The position numbers and the translations under genes were made by a program. A stretch of 64,000 nucleotides of DNA from an uncultured bacterium (GTDB taxonomy: Bacteria > Planctomycetota > UBA1135 > UBA2386): the NCBI GenBank assembly GCA_937906475.1, contig CALCZA010000053.1:31392-95391 (forward strand). Reading direction: 5' to 3'. Shown here piece after piece: positions 56,450-64,000 of the stretch. Position 1 is the stretch's first letter; each line of letters starts with the position of its first letter. The notes under the pieces were generated by a model. It saw only the letters and a list, made by a program, of their open reading frames with translations. It did not search any database and was not told the DNA's origin.

Positions 56450-57886
56450 GTGCAATTAGAAAGTCATGCGACCCCTTTCGGAGGGTCGCCTCAACAACGC
56501 TATGCCACGCTTCATCGGGCCATCGAGCAGGGTCTCGATTCTGATGATGTCTGGTTCGAGCTAGCCTCGGTCAGCGCCCAGCTGGGTCATCCTGGCGAAG
56601 CGCTGTGCTGTGCCGCGCGCATCAATAATCCCGCTCGCCGTGCCAAGGCCGAACAAACTCTGCTGAGTTCTTCTGGGCGGTCGACAGCCGCCGACAGCAA
56701 ACCCGAAGCCGTCAAGCAAGTCGGTCGAAGAGGTCATGCCGCGGCGCCGGCAGCCAGCAATGCCGGACCGACCAAGGTCAAAGTCAGCGCCGAGGCGGAC
56801 GGTCCTCCGCGCGTCGTCGATCATCTAATCGACGCAGGCCAATACTTGATGCACCAACACATGCCGTGGCTGGTGCTCACCACCATGCTGTCATTCCCGT
56901 TGGTCGTCGGACTTGGCGGCTTCCTGACAGCAGGCGGTTCTCCGTTGCTGTTGGCGGCCATCGCGGCACTTCCTGGGTTATCGGTACTGATCGTGGTCGC
57001 GGCCATGGGTCATGAGATCCTTCGCAACAGCAGCGCTGGCGAAAGCGACGTGCCGAACCTGCCCGAGTTTCCCAAGCTGATCCGCAGTTCGCGCGACTTC
57101 CTGCTCGATGCCGTATTGGTCTTCGCGGCGTTCTTCGGCGGCCCGATCGCACTCAGCCTCGCCGGCGCACCGACGGCGGCGATTCTGCCTGCCCTGACAT
57201 TGGGGGCATTCTTCGCACCGCTTACGTTCGCGTTGCGACAGATCCGCCGCGACATGCGCACGTTCTCACCCGTCTTCCTGATCCGCGCCATTCGTCGCTG
57301 CGGCCGTGGCTACGCACTGATTGCCGCTGCAATCACGTTGGCCTTCACGCCGGCAGCCTTGGTGGCGACCGCCTTGATCAACTACCCAATTTGGGTACAG
57401 ATCGCGATCCTTGGCCCGCTCTGCGTATTGCCAACGTTTGCCACGACGCGCCTACTGGGCACGTGGCTCGACTCGCATCGCAAGTCCCTCGGTTACCTGA
57501 TGCTGGGACCGACGGACACGCTTCAGAACCCTGCGATTACGGATGCGGTCAACTTGCCCAAGAAGCCGACTCAGCCGCGCAACCTTCGCCGTCCGCCCGC
57601 TCGCACACAATTTCAGACACCCAACGTCACGACTGCCAAACCCAGCGGCCGTCCCCCAACGGCAGTTCGTCCAGCGTCGGCCTTCGCCGAAAAGTCACTC
57701 GGCCGTCCTGCACCGCGAGCTATCGAAGGCCGCCGACCGGCCGCTAAAAACTCGCCTGGCCTGGATCTAGAATCGACGCAAAACGCTGTGTCAGAAGAGC
57801 TTCCAGACCTAATCGGAATGCCGGGTGCAGTCGTTGTCAGCGGCTCCGACCGCGAACGCAAGGGCGCGGCTTCTCGACGCGACTGA
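56450..57886 (+). CDS. polytopic membrane protein with N-terminal soluble helical domain and basic disordered tail
   Basis: 478 aa with a GTG start. It has about 6-7 TM segments in the centre and a Pro/Arg/Lys-rich C-terminus. Confidence 0.6.
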   Translation: MQLESHATPFGGSPQQRYATLHRAIEQGLDSDDVWFELASVSAQLGHPGEALCCAARINNPARRAKAEQTLLSSSGRSTAADSKPEAVKQVGRRGHAAAPAASNAGPTKVKVSAEADGPPRVVDHLIDAGQYLMHQHMPWLVLTTMLSFPLVVGLGGFLTAGGSPLLLAAIAALPGLSVLIVVAAMGHEILRNSSAGESDVPNLPEFPKLIRSSRDFLLDAVLVFAAFFGGPIALSLAGAPTAAILPALTLGAFFAPLTFALRQIRRDMRTFSPVFLIRAIRRCGRGYALIAAAITLAFTPAALVATALINYPIWVQIAILGPLCVLPTFATTRLLGTWLDSHRKSLGYLMLGPTDTLQNPAITDAVNLPKKPTQPRNLRRPPARTQFQTPNVTTAKPSGRPPTAVRPASAFAEKSLGRPAPRAIEGRRPAAKNSPGLDLESTQNAVSEELPDLIGMPGAVVVSGSDRERKGAASRRD

Positions 57887-57913
57887 TCTTTGCTCGCCTT
57901 GGCGGCCTTAGAC

Positions 57914-58441
57914 ATGCACGATCCCGAGATGGACCTCGCCTCGTTCCTGCGCGACGTGCCCGACTTTCCGAAGCCGGGCATTCTGTTCAAGGACATCTCT
58001 CCGCTGCTCGCTTCGGCCAAAGCCATGCAAGCGGCCACTGACAAGCTTGCCGCATTCGACTTCGGCAAGATCGACAAGATCGCCGCGATTGAATCGCGCG
58101 GCTTCCTATTTGGTGTCCCGCTCGCGATGCAGCTCGGCATTGGCTTCGTGCCAGTGCGCAAGCCCGGCAAACTGCCGTGGAAGACCAACCGCGTCGACTA
58201 CGAACTCGAGTACGGCACCGACGCCGTCGAGATCCACCAGGACGCCGTCGACGCGGGGGAACGCGTCTTGATGATCGACGACCTGCTCGCCACCGGCGGG
58301 ACCATGGCCGCTGCTTGCCAACTCGTGGAGTCTTGCGGCGGAGTCATCGCCGGCTGCGGGTTTGTGATCGAACTAGGCTTCCTGAACGGACGTCAGAAGC
58401 TCGGCAAGCACCCCTGCAAAGCGATCATCCCGATCAACTAG
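57914..58441 (+). CDS. apt: adenine phosphoribosyltransferase
   Basis: It has FLRDVPDFPKPGILFKDISPLL and the PRPP motif VLMIDDLLATGGT. The start was chosen at the ATG at 57914. The ORF opens at TTG 57890. Confidence 0.85.
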   Translation: MHDPEMDLASFLRDVPDFPKPGILFKDISPLLASAKAMQAATDKLAAFDFGKIDKIAAIESRGFLFGVPLAMQLGIGFVPVRKPGKLPWKTNRVDYELEYGTDAVEIHQDAVDAGERVLMIDDLLATGGTMAAACQLVESCGGVIAGCGFVIELGFLNGRQKLGKHPCKAIIPIN

Positions 58442-58688
58442 CGATTAGGGACCTCGGAGCCAGGAATCCGCATCCGGCAACACCTGGGCAAACCCCTAGG
58501 GGACTTCCCTCGCAAAACTCTCCCCATATACTTTGCTGACACAAGTGTATTCATAGGAATGGTTTATGCGTTTCCCTAAAGTTTCCTGAAGACAAGGCTA
58601 AATGCCGAGCCAGTTCCTGCCGATGTTGGGGGTCCGGTCCGGACTGCTGGACCTTGTTCTTTGGTGAACTCGACTCCCACCAACGCTT

Positions 58689-58785
58689 CTCGAAACGGCA
58701 AAGTCGACGAAAGTCGATGACGCAAAGCCATAGGGCCTTCGGCCGGATGCAAATCCGACCATGGCAGCCTGGTTCCCGAAATGAG
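58689..58785 (+). promoter_or_regulatory. candidate c-di-GMP-I (GEMM-I) riboswitch aptamer
   Basis: GGCAAA (58697-702), then a GUCGAC-GAAA-GUCGAU hairpin (58703-18), then GACGCAAAGCC (58719-29). This is followed by the P3-like stem GCCAU(A)GG/CCAUGGC (58727-34 / 58759-65) and GGCAGCCUGGUUCCC (58763-77). Order and spacing match my recollection of the V. cholerae Vc2 aptamer. Confidence 0.7.
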
Positions 58786-59058
58786 GCGCGGTTTGGTAGA
58801 CGGCAAAACAACTACTGGCGCAGCGGATGACGTCCGCAATAGCAACGCGCCAACTCCAGCGCCGTCTTCAAGACCACGACCAGCACCGGCCACGCCGGTG
58901 ACGACCACAAGGGAATACAGGCGCTTTGCGATGCAACATCGAGGCGCAGGAGTCGAACCCGATGCACATGCCTTTCCCCATGCAGTGCGCCGGTTTGTTG
59001 GCGGGTCCACACCCGCCTGCCTGTCCCCTACGTCGTCAAGAAAGCTGGAGTTTGAATT

Positions 59059-59976
59059 ATGGCCAAGTCCTCGGTCGCCGCTCGTTCCACCCGTACAATC
59101 TCAACCCGCGGCACCATGTCGCGCACTACGCGGACCACGGCTGCAAGCAGCGCGCCTCCTACCAGTCGCCGTAGGCCAGCCCTGTCAACGATCCCGTCTC
59201 CGCAGAACACCACGATGAACGACTCGGAACTCGAGATCATCTGGAAGACCTACAAGCGCACTCGTGATGAGAACCTGCGCAACACCCTGATCGAGCATCA
59301 CATGCCGCTCGTTCGCTCGATCGCCGAGCGCGTTCTGCAAACGCTGCCGAAGTCGATCGACGTTGACGACCTTAATTCGGCCGGCACGTTCGGCCTAATG
59401 GACGCGATCAACGGCTTTGACCTGTCACGGGGCATCAAGTTCAAGACCTACTGCACGACGCGTATTCGCGGCTCGATCCTCGACGAACTTCGTTCGCAAG
59501 ACTGGGTCCCGCGCCTCGTTCGCCTGAAGGCGCATCGTCTGGAGCGCGCCATGCGCACGCTCGAAAGCCAACTCGGCCGCACGCCGAACCAAGCCGAAAT
59601 CGCCAAGGAACTCGACATCACGCTCGACGAACTGCAAGCGCACCAAGCCGAAGCCAACGCCAAGACCATCTTCTCGCTGTCGGAGAAGTGGGACGATGGC
59701 GATGACGACAAGGAACTCGAGAAGGTTGAGATCCTCGCGGACCGCAAGTCCTCCAACCCGGTCGACACGATCCAGCAGCGTGACGCGCTCGACACGATCA
59801 CGAGCAGCCTCACCAAGAAAGAACGCCTGATCATCCTCATGTATTACTACGAGGGTCTGACGATGCGCGAGATTGGCGAGATCACGGAACTGACCGAGTC
59901 GCGTGTCTGCCAAATCCACAGCAACGTTATGGCGCGCTTGAAGGCGCAACTCGATCGCGCGCAAGACGCCGAGTAG
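59059..59976 (+). CDS. fliA: RNA polymerase sigma-28 factor (FliA/WhiG family) with Ser/Thr/Arg-rich N-terminal extension
   Basis: Regions 2-4 are recognisable (LIEHHMPLVRSIA, KFKTYCTTRIRGSILDELRSQDWVPR, LTMREIGEITELTESRVCQIH). The ATG at 59059 has GGAG 9 nt upstream and coding-like GC3. An alternative start is MNDSELE at 59215. Confidence 0.85.
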   Translation: MAKSSVAARSTRTISTRGTMSRTTRTTAASSAPPTSRRRPALSTIPSPQNTTMNDSELEIIWKTYKRTRDENLRNTLIEHHMPLVRSIAERVLQTLPKSIDVDDLNSAGTFGLMDAINGFDLSRGIKFKTYCTTRIRGSILDELRSQDWVPRLVRLKAHRLERAMRTLESQLGRTPNQAEIAKELDITLDELQAHQAEANAKTIFSLSEKWDDGDDDKELEKVEILADRKSSNPVDTIQQRDALDTITSSLTKKERLIILMYYYEGLTMREIGEITELTESRVCQIHSNVMARLKAQLDRAQDAE

Positions 59977-60050
59977 TTGGCCTGCGACAGTAACTGAGGC
60001 CAACACCGCCAAGCGAGCCATGGTTCGCTTAGGCAGGCGGCCGATGACGC

Positions 60051-60248
60051 GTGTCGTCCCGCTCGCCAACGCCGCGCGCGAAAACGACAGACCCACCGAT
60101 CACGGCCATCAGCGATCTGCAGCACTACGTCGACCACACCCAGCGCGACGACGGCAACCCGCACGGCTGGGAAATGACGTTGCTATCGCCCACGAAGTTC
60201 ACCAACTTCGTCGCCCACCGCTGCGGCGGCACATGGGTCGAAGGCTAG
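60051..60248 (+). CDS. small hypothetical protein
   Basis: 65 codons with a GTG start immediately after an in-frame stop. By eye GC3 is very high in this frame and clearly higher than in the overlapping ORF 60020..60301. Confidence 0.45.
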   Translation: MSSRSPTPRAKTTDPPITAISDLQHYVDHTQRDDGNPHGWEMTLLSPTKFTNFVAHRCGGTWVEG

Positions 60249-60378
60249 CTAAACCGCCATTTACGCTAGATTCGTGGCCCTTGCAGGGCTCGCACATCTA
60301 GCCAAGGACCGACATAGAGGTCGCACGCGTGGCGCAGGATTCGTATCCTGCTCGCCCTCAACTTCCCCGAGCTAGCGC

Positions 60379-61119
60379 GTGTATTCGATTCTACTATCGT
60401 TGTCCCTGTCCCTCTTACTTGGCTACGGAGGCATCTCCGTGCTCGGTGGCTACCACTGGTTCTGGGGCGTTCTCTTCACGGTCATTCTCGCGATCGTGAT
60501 CTGGGTGCTCATTGCGCGCCGGATCGGCAAGCGCTTGCAGCCAGCCATGGAGCAGGTGCAGCGGCAGATGCAGCAGCAACACTTCCAACTGGCTTACCAG
60601 TCGCTCGAAGACATGCTGCCGATGTGTAAGTGGATCCCGTTGTTGAAGGGTCAACTGCTCGCCCAGATGGGCATGCTTTCGCTACACATGGGTCAAAAGG
60701 ACCGCGGCGTCGAACTACTGGAAGGTGCGAGCCTAAAGAATGCGGACGCCCGCCTGATGCTCGCCTGCATCCGCTACCGCGACGGCGAATCCGACCGCGC
60801 CATTCATGTCCTCGAACTGACCGCGAAGATCAACAAGAAGCACCCGCTGCTGCACAACACGTTTGCGTGGATGCTGCACAAGGCCGGCAAGAACGATCGG
60901 GCTCAGGCGGCCCTCGCCGCGTTCTTGAAGAAGAACGCCAAGAGCGCACCGACTAAAGAGAACATGCTGCGCCTACAGAACAACAAGCGCATGAGCATGA
61001 CCGGCTTTGCCGAGCAATGGTATGCGCTTGGACTCGAGCAGCCGCCGCAGACGATGGGTCAGATGCGCCGCGCGCCGAAGGGATTCCGCGAGCCACCGAA
61101 GCGCAAGAAGGGTGGCTAG
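60379..61119 (+). CDS. membrane-anchored TPR-like protein with basic tail
   Basis: 246 aa with a GTG start. It has two N-terminal TM helices, a helical-repeat region, and the C-terminus PKGFREPPKRKKGG. Confidence 0.6.
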   Translation: MYSILLSLSLSLLLGYGGISVLGGYHWFWGVLFTVILAIVIWVLIARRIGKRLQPAMEQVQRQMQQQHFQLAYQSLEDMLPMCKWIPLLKGQLLAQMGMLSLHMGQKDRGVELLEGASLKNADARLMLACIRYRDGESDRAIHVLELTAKINKKHPLLHNTFAWMLHKAGKNDRAQAALAAFLKKNAKSAPTKENMLRLQNNKRMSMTGFAEQWYALGLEQPPQTMGQMRRAPKGFREPPKRKKGG

Positions 61120-62575
61120 TCGCATCAAACACGAGTTGCCGGACGCACGTTGGCCAACGGCCGACGATGCGGCGCGCTCGCAACTGTTCTCCCCGATCAA
61201 GATCGGGCCGATCGAAGCGGCAACCCGTTCGTGGGTTCCCGCGATGGTGCCGTGGCGCGCGACCGAAGACGGCTTCGCGACTCAGAACGTGCTCGATTGG
61301 TATGGCCGCTTCGCCGATGGCCAACCGGGCGTGTTAGTAGTCGAAGCAACCGGCATCCGCGATGTGCCTAGCGGCCCCTTGCTGCGTATCGGCCACGACC
61401 GCTTCATCGATGGCTTGCGTGACTTGTGCAAGACGGTCAAGCAGCGAAGCAATGGCAAGACGCGCGTGTTCTTGCAGATCCTCGACTTCCTGTCGATCCG
61501 GCGTCGCCCAGCGAAGGACAAGTTCTTCGCGCGTTTCCTGCAGATCACGGACCGCCACAAAGACGCCGTTCGCGAACGCTTTGGCGACGCCGCAGCCGCG
61601 GAGGAGCAGAGCATCCGGGCGCAACTTGGCCAGTGTGATGACGACGTACTGAGCCAGATGCTGACCTCGCGCGAATACCGCGACTACGCCTGGGGCTATC
61701 GCGAAGAGGTCAACGACCTGCACCTGCCCCACGTCCGCGAACTACCGCAAGTGCTGCCCGACTTGTTCGCATCCGCTTCCGAACGCGCGCGTGAAGCGGG
61801 CTTTGACGGCATCGAACTTCACTTCGCCCACGCCTACACGATGGCTTCGTTCCTATCGCGCACCAACATGCGTGACGACGGCTACGGCGGTTCGCCGGAA
61901 GGGCGCCTGCGCATGCCACTCGAAGTGGTCGCAGAGGTGCGTTCACGGGTCGGCAACGACTGGTGCGTCGGCACCCGCTTCCTGGGCGATGACGTCATCG
62001 CCGCCGGCGCGCACATCGAAGACGCAGTCGGCTACGGCGTCGCGTTCGCCAAGGCGGGCCTCGACTTCCTCTCGATCAGCAAGGGCGGCAAGTTCGACGA
62101 TGCCAAGCAACCCGGCGTCGGCGCTGCGGCCTATCCCTACACTGGCCCATCCGGCCACGAATGCATGCCGACCGTGCGCAACGATGAACGCGGCCCCTTT
62201 GGCCGCAACGTGCACTTGTCGGCGTCGATTCGCCACGCGGTTCGCAAGGCGGGCTTCACGACGCCAGTTATCACTGCCGGTGGCATCTGCCACTTCGAAC
62301 AAGCCGAAGCAATCCTGCAAACCGGCGCAGCCGACCTCATCGCTGCTGCCCGCCAAAGCCTCGCCGACCCCGACTGGTGGCTAAAGATGCGCCTCGGACG
62401 AGGTAGCGAAGTGCGTCGCTGCATCTTCACCAACTACTGCGAAGGCCTCGACCAGAAGCACAAGGAAGTCACGTGCCAGCTGTGGGACCGCGATTTTGAA
62501 GCGCCGGACTCGGCCACGGTGTCGCGCAGTATCGACGGCAAGCGTCGCCTGGTGCCGCCGCGCTGGACGCCCTAG
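61112..62575 (+). CDS. NADH:flavin oxidoreductase (Old Yellow Enzyme family)
   Basis: Motifs present: LFSPIKIGP, VLVVEATGI, HFAHAYTMASFLS, and C-terminal AARQSLADPDW. The start was moved to GTG 61112, because the ATG at 61007 would overlap 113 nt of the upstream gene. Confidence 0.8.
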   Translation: MASRIKHELPDARWPTADDAARSQLFSPIKIGPIEAATRSWVPAMVPWRATEDGFATQNVLDWYGRFADGQPGVLVVEATGIRDVPSGPLLRIGHDRFIDGLRDLCKTVKQRSNGKTRVFLQILDFLSIRRRPAKDKFFARFLQITDRHKDAVRERFGDAAAAEEQSIRAQLGQCDDDVLSQMLTSREYRDYAWGYREEVNDLHLPHVRELPQVLPDLFASASERAREAGFDGIELHFAHAYTMASFLSRTNMRDDGYGGSPEGRLRMPLEVVAEVRSRVGNDWCVGTRFLGDDVIAAGAHIEDAVGYGVAFAKAGLDFLSISKGGKFDDAKQPGVGAAAYPYTGPSGHECMPTVRNDERGPFGRNVHLSASIRHAVRKAGFTTPVITAGGICHFEQAEAILQTGAADLIAAARQSLADPDWWLKMRLGRGSEVRRCIFTNYCEGLDQKHKEVTCQLWDRDFEAPDSATVSRSIDGKRRLVPPRWTP

Positions 62576-62591
62576 CTCGTTGCACTCGCTT

Positions 62592-63413
62592 TCAGCGGGC
62601 AGTATTCACGCGGAACTCGCGCAACCAAGCCGCTGCCTTCTTCGGCTGATCGGTACAGATGACGTCGATCCCCAAGTCGTAGTAAGCAGCCCACGCTTCC
62701 TTGCGATCGGGCGCACCCCAAAACCGAATCGCTCGACCTTGGCGGCGTGCCTTGCCCGTGAGGCGCGCAAGGCGCTGCAACTCGTTCTCCATCAACTCGT
62801 CGGTGCCGGTCCAGTCCGAGATGCTGCGCCACGAGCCGCTAACCCATGGAACAAGATGCACAGGCGGCGGCGGGTTCACGTCGAGATCTGAGAAGTGGCC
62901 GTCGATTGCGCAGAGCCGGGTCGAATCGGCGGCGACCAACTTCATCGGACGGTTGCCCGACAACAAAATCGTCACGGCGCCTGGCTTCACAACGCCGTCA
63001 ACGAACTGCGTCAACATGTCGCGATAGCGTTCGAGAACAGTGCGCAAGTGGCGGTAGACCGCGGCGCCATCGGCCTTGATGTCGACTAGCAAAACCAACG
63101 GCAGTCCGTCGGATCGCAACGAGCCGTGCTCCTTGACCATCACGAACAGCGGGTCGAGATACATCGCCTCCAACGTTCGCCAAGGCCGCAACTGCCAGCG
63201 CTCGTGGCCGACGCGCAATTCGCCGTCGACAAGGTAGATGTCCGCTTCGAGGCTGCCGACGCCGTATTCGAGCGCGCGGGTCAACGGCACCGGCTGCAAG
63301 TAGTCGTTGTGGCCATGCAACCGCAACGCTGGATCTACAGAGACGTTGGGCTTGGGCATACGGGCGGCGGCACAGCCCGCCAACAGTCCCAGCCACAACA
63401 ATGCAATGCGCAT
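62592..63413 (-). CDS. PLC-like phosphodiesterase lipoprotein (AIM6/GDPD-like)
   Basis: 273 aa. It has the lipobox LGLLAGC and the motif HGHNDY...SLEADIYLVDGELRVGHE. Confidence 0.6.
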   Translation of the reverse strand: MRIALLWLGLLAGCAAARMPKPNVSVDPALRLHGHNDYLQPVPLTRALEYGVGSLEADIYLVDGELRVGHERWQLRPWRTLEAMYLDPLFVMVKEHGSLRSDGLPLVLLVDIKADGAAVYRHLRTVLERYRDMLTQFVDGVVKPGAVTILLSGNRPMKLVAADSTRLCAIDGHFSDLDVNPPPPVHLVPWVSGSWRSISDWTGTDELMENELQRLARLTGKARRQGRAIRFWGAPDRKEAWAAYYDLGIDVICTDQPKKAAAWLREFRVNTAR

Positions 63414-63597
63414 CGCAGCAACCTACCCGACGACCAGATCAAACGGGAAGAAGCGTTGCCCTTGCTTCGCACAGCCCTAGTAGCCGCTCTCTTCTCCACC
63501 CTTTTGACCGTCGTGCCGCACAAGACCCCACACCCGAGGTTACGGCGAAGGTGCTAATGAAGGCCTCGACAAAGACCTCGGCCTCTACGAGATCATC

Positions 63598-63807
63598 ATG
63601 ATGATTGGCAACGCTGGCTCGGCGTCGTCTCTATTGCTGAGCGGCATGCAGGATCAAGTTGCGCAGGCGATCCGCATGATCCGCCTTTGCGACTTACCAC
63701 AACCGGAGCGCATCGTGCTAGGTGCGACCAACTCTACTTCGGCCGTCAGGCGACTCGAAGCACTCGAACGCGAAGTCCGCAAACTACGCCAGCAACTCAG
63801 CAAGTAG
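63598..63807 (+). CDS. small hypothetical protein with C-terminal coiled-coil-like segment
   Basis: 69 aa with moderate GC3. It ends RRLEALEREVRKLRQQLSK. Confidence 0.35.
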   Translation: MMIGNAGSASSLLLSGMQDQVAQAIRMIRLCDLPQPERIVLGATNSTSAVRRLEALEREVRKLRQQLSK

Positions 63808-63811
63808 CGAC

Positions 63812-64000
63812 CTAGCGGGACAGCAGATTGACCAGGAGTCGGACTGCGCCCGGGTTGCCGAGTCGAAGTTGGCGATAGAGGGAGAGCGAGCAGTAGATGA
63901 AATCGCCTTGGCCGTAGCTGGTGTAGAGCAGGGAACCTTGGTGGTCCTTCTCTTCGCCAGTGTCCCTCATGCCGAGCATGGGCACCCAGGCGGCATCCCA
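63812..64000 (-). CDS. 3' end of a gene truncated by the window edge (C-terminal 62 codons)
   Basis: My own translation of the minus strand gives ...WDAAWVPMLGMRDTGEEKDHQGSLLYTSYGQGDFIYCSLSLYRQLRLGNPGAVRLLVNLLSR*. The frame is open to base 64000. From memory, the tail resembles the C-terminal GATase1/ThuA-like end of large LmbE/PIG-L-type proteins. Confidence 0.5.
   Translation of the reverse strand, partial: WDAAWVPMLGMRDTGEEKDHQGSLLYTSYGQGDFIYCSLSLYRQLRLGNPGAVRLLVNLLSR

Noticed and set aside
58900-59020. tRNA/tmRNA-like signal on the minus strand: GGTTCGACTCC (reverse complement of 58949-58959) with an acceptor-like GGCGCA...TGCGCC pairing.
   Set aside because: I could not build a cloverleaf. 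The T-stem has a mismatch, there is no D-arm or anticodon arm of proper size, no matching 7-bp acceptor and no CCA. There is also no tmRNA tag frame ending in Ala-Ala-stop and no 5' GGGG...TTCGAC element at the right spacing. It is most likely a chance match inside the fliA leader.
58442-59058. Possibility that the whole 617-bp apt-fliA spacer is an RNase P, SRP, 6S or tmRNA gene, given its GNRA and UUCG-like hairpins.
   Set aside because: The conserved RNase P blocks (GAGGAAAGTCC, ACAGAA..GGCTTA, GGTAAGGGTGAAA) and the SRP domain IV motif are absent on both strands. The hairpins are better explained as part of the GEMM-I-like aptamer.
58781-59218. 145-aa ORF starting with an ATG at the 3' edge of the aptamer, as the riboswitch-controlled gene.
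   Set aside because: GC3 is only moderate and the product is low-complexity and Pro/Arg-rich. It overlaps the better-supported fliA N-terminus in another frame. It is treated as a non-coding leader.
61007-61111. The ATG at 61007 as the start of the Old Yellow Enzyme gene.
   Set aside because: It would overlap 113 nt of the upstream TPR-like gene and add an Arg/Ser-rich extension not seen in the family. GTG 61112 (or TTG 61136), just before the conserved LFSPIKIG N-terminus, is more plausible.

Overview
This 64 kb window is high-GC and densely coding, with long spurious antisense ORFs as expected for such DNA. Gene content suggests a Planctomycetota (Pirellulales-like) chromosome, though that is inference only. 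The relevant content is two signal-peptide sulfatases, a TAT-signal Gfo/Idh/MocA oxidoreductase, a sialate-O-acetylesterase-like esterase, many membrane-anchored TPR/HEAT-like orphans, a sigma-54 activator and a sigma-28 factor. I support about 55 CDS. They cover housekeeping (rpmG, birA, nadE, ispH, apt, fliA), acyl-CoA metabolism, an RND efflux pair, glycan-degrading enzymes and two PPIases of different families. I found no rRNA, tRNA, CRISPR array, transposase, integrase or prophage gene, so this looks like core chromosome rather than an accessory island. The strongest non-coding signal is a candidate c-di-GMP-I (GEMM-I) riboswitch aptamer at about 58689-58785 (+), in the 617-bp leader upstream of fliA, with an unusual branched P3. 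Secondary observations:
- a catalytically degenerate Fic-fold protein
- a PaaK-like ligase translationally coupled to a Cys-rich 68-aa ORF
- a roughly 0.9 kb gene-poor region with a triple CCGGATCCGG palindrome array and an orphan intrinsic terminator
- a GAFNGA variant in the sigma-54 activator, preceded by a C9 tract
- a plant-type cyclophilin
- a C-terminal module shared by two secreted proteins
- several small coupled ORFs

All family calls come from motif recognition by eye. No searches were run.
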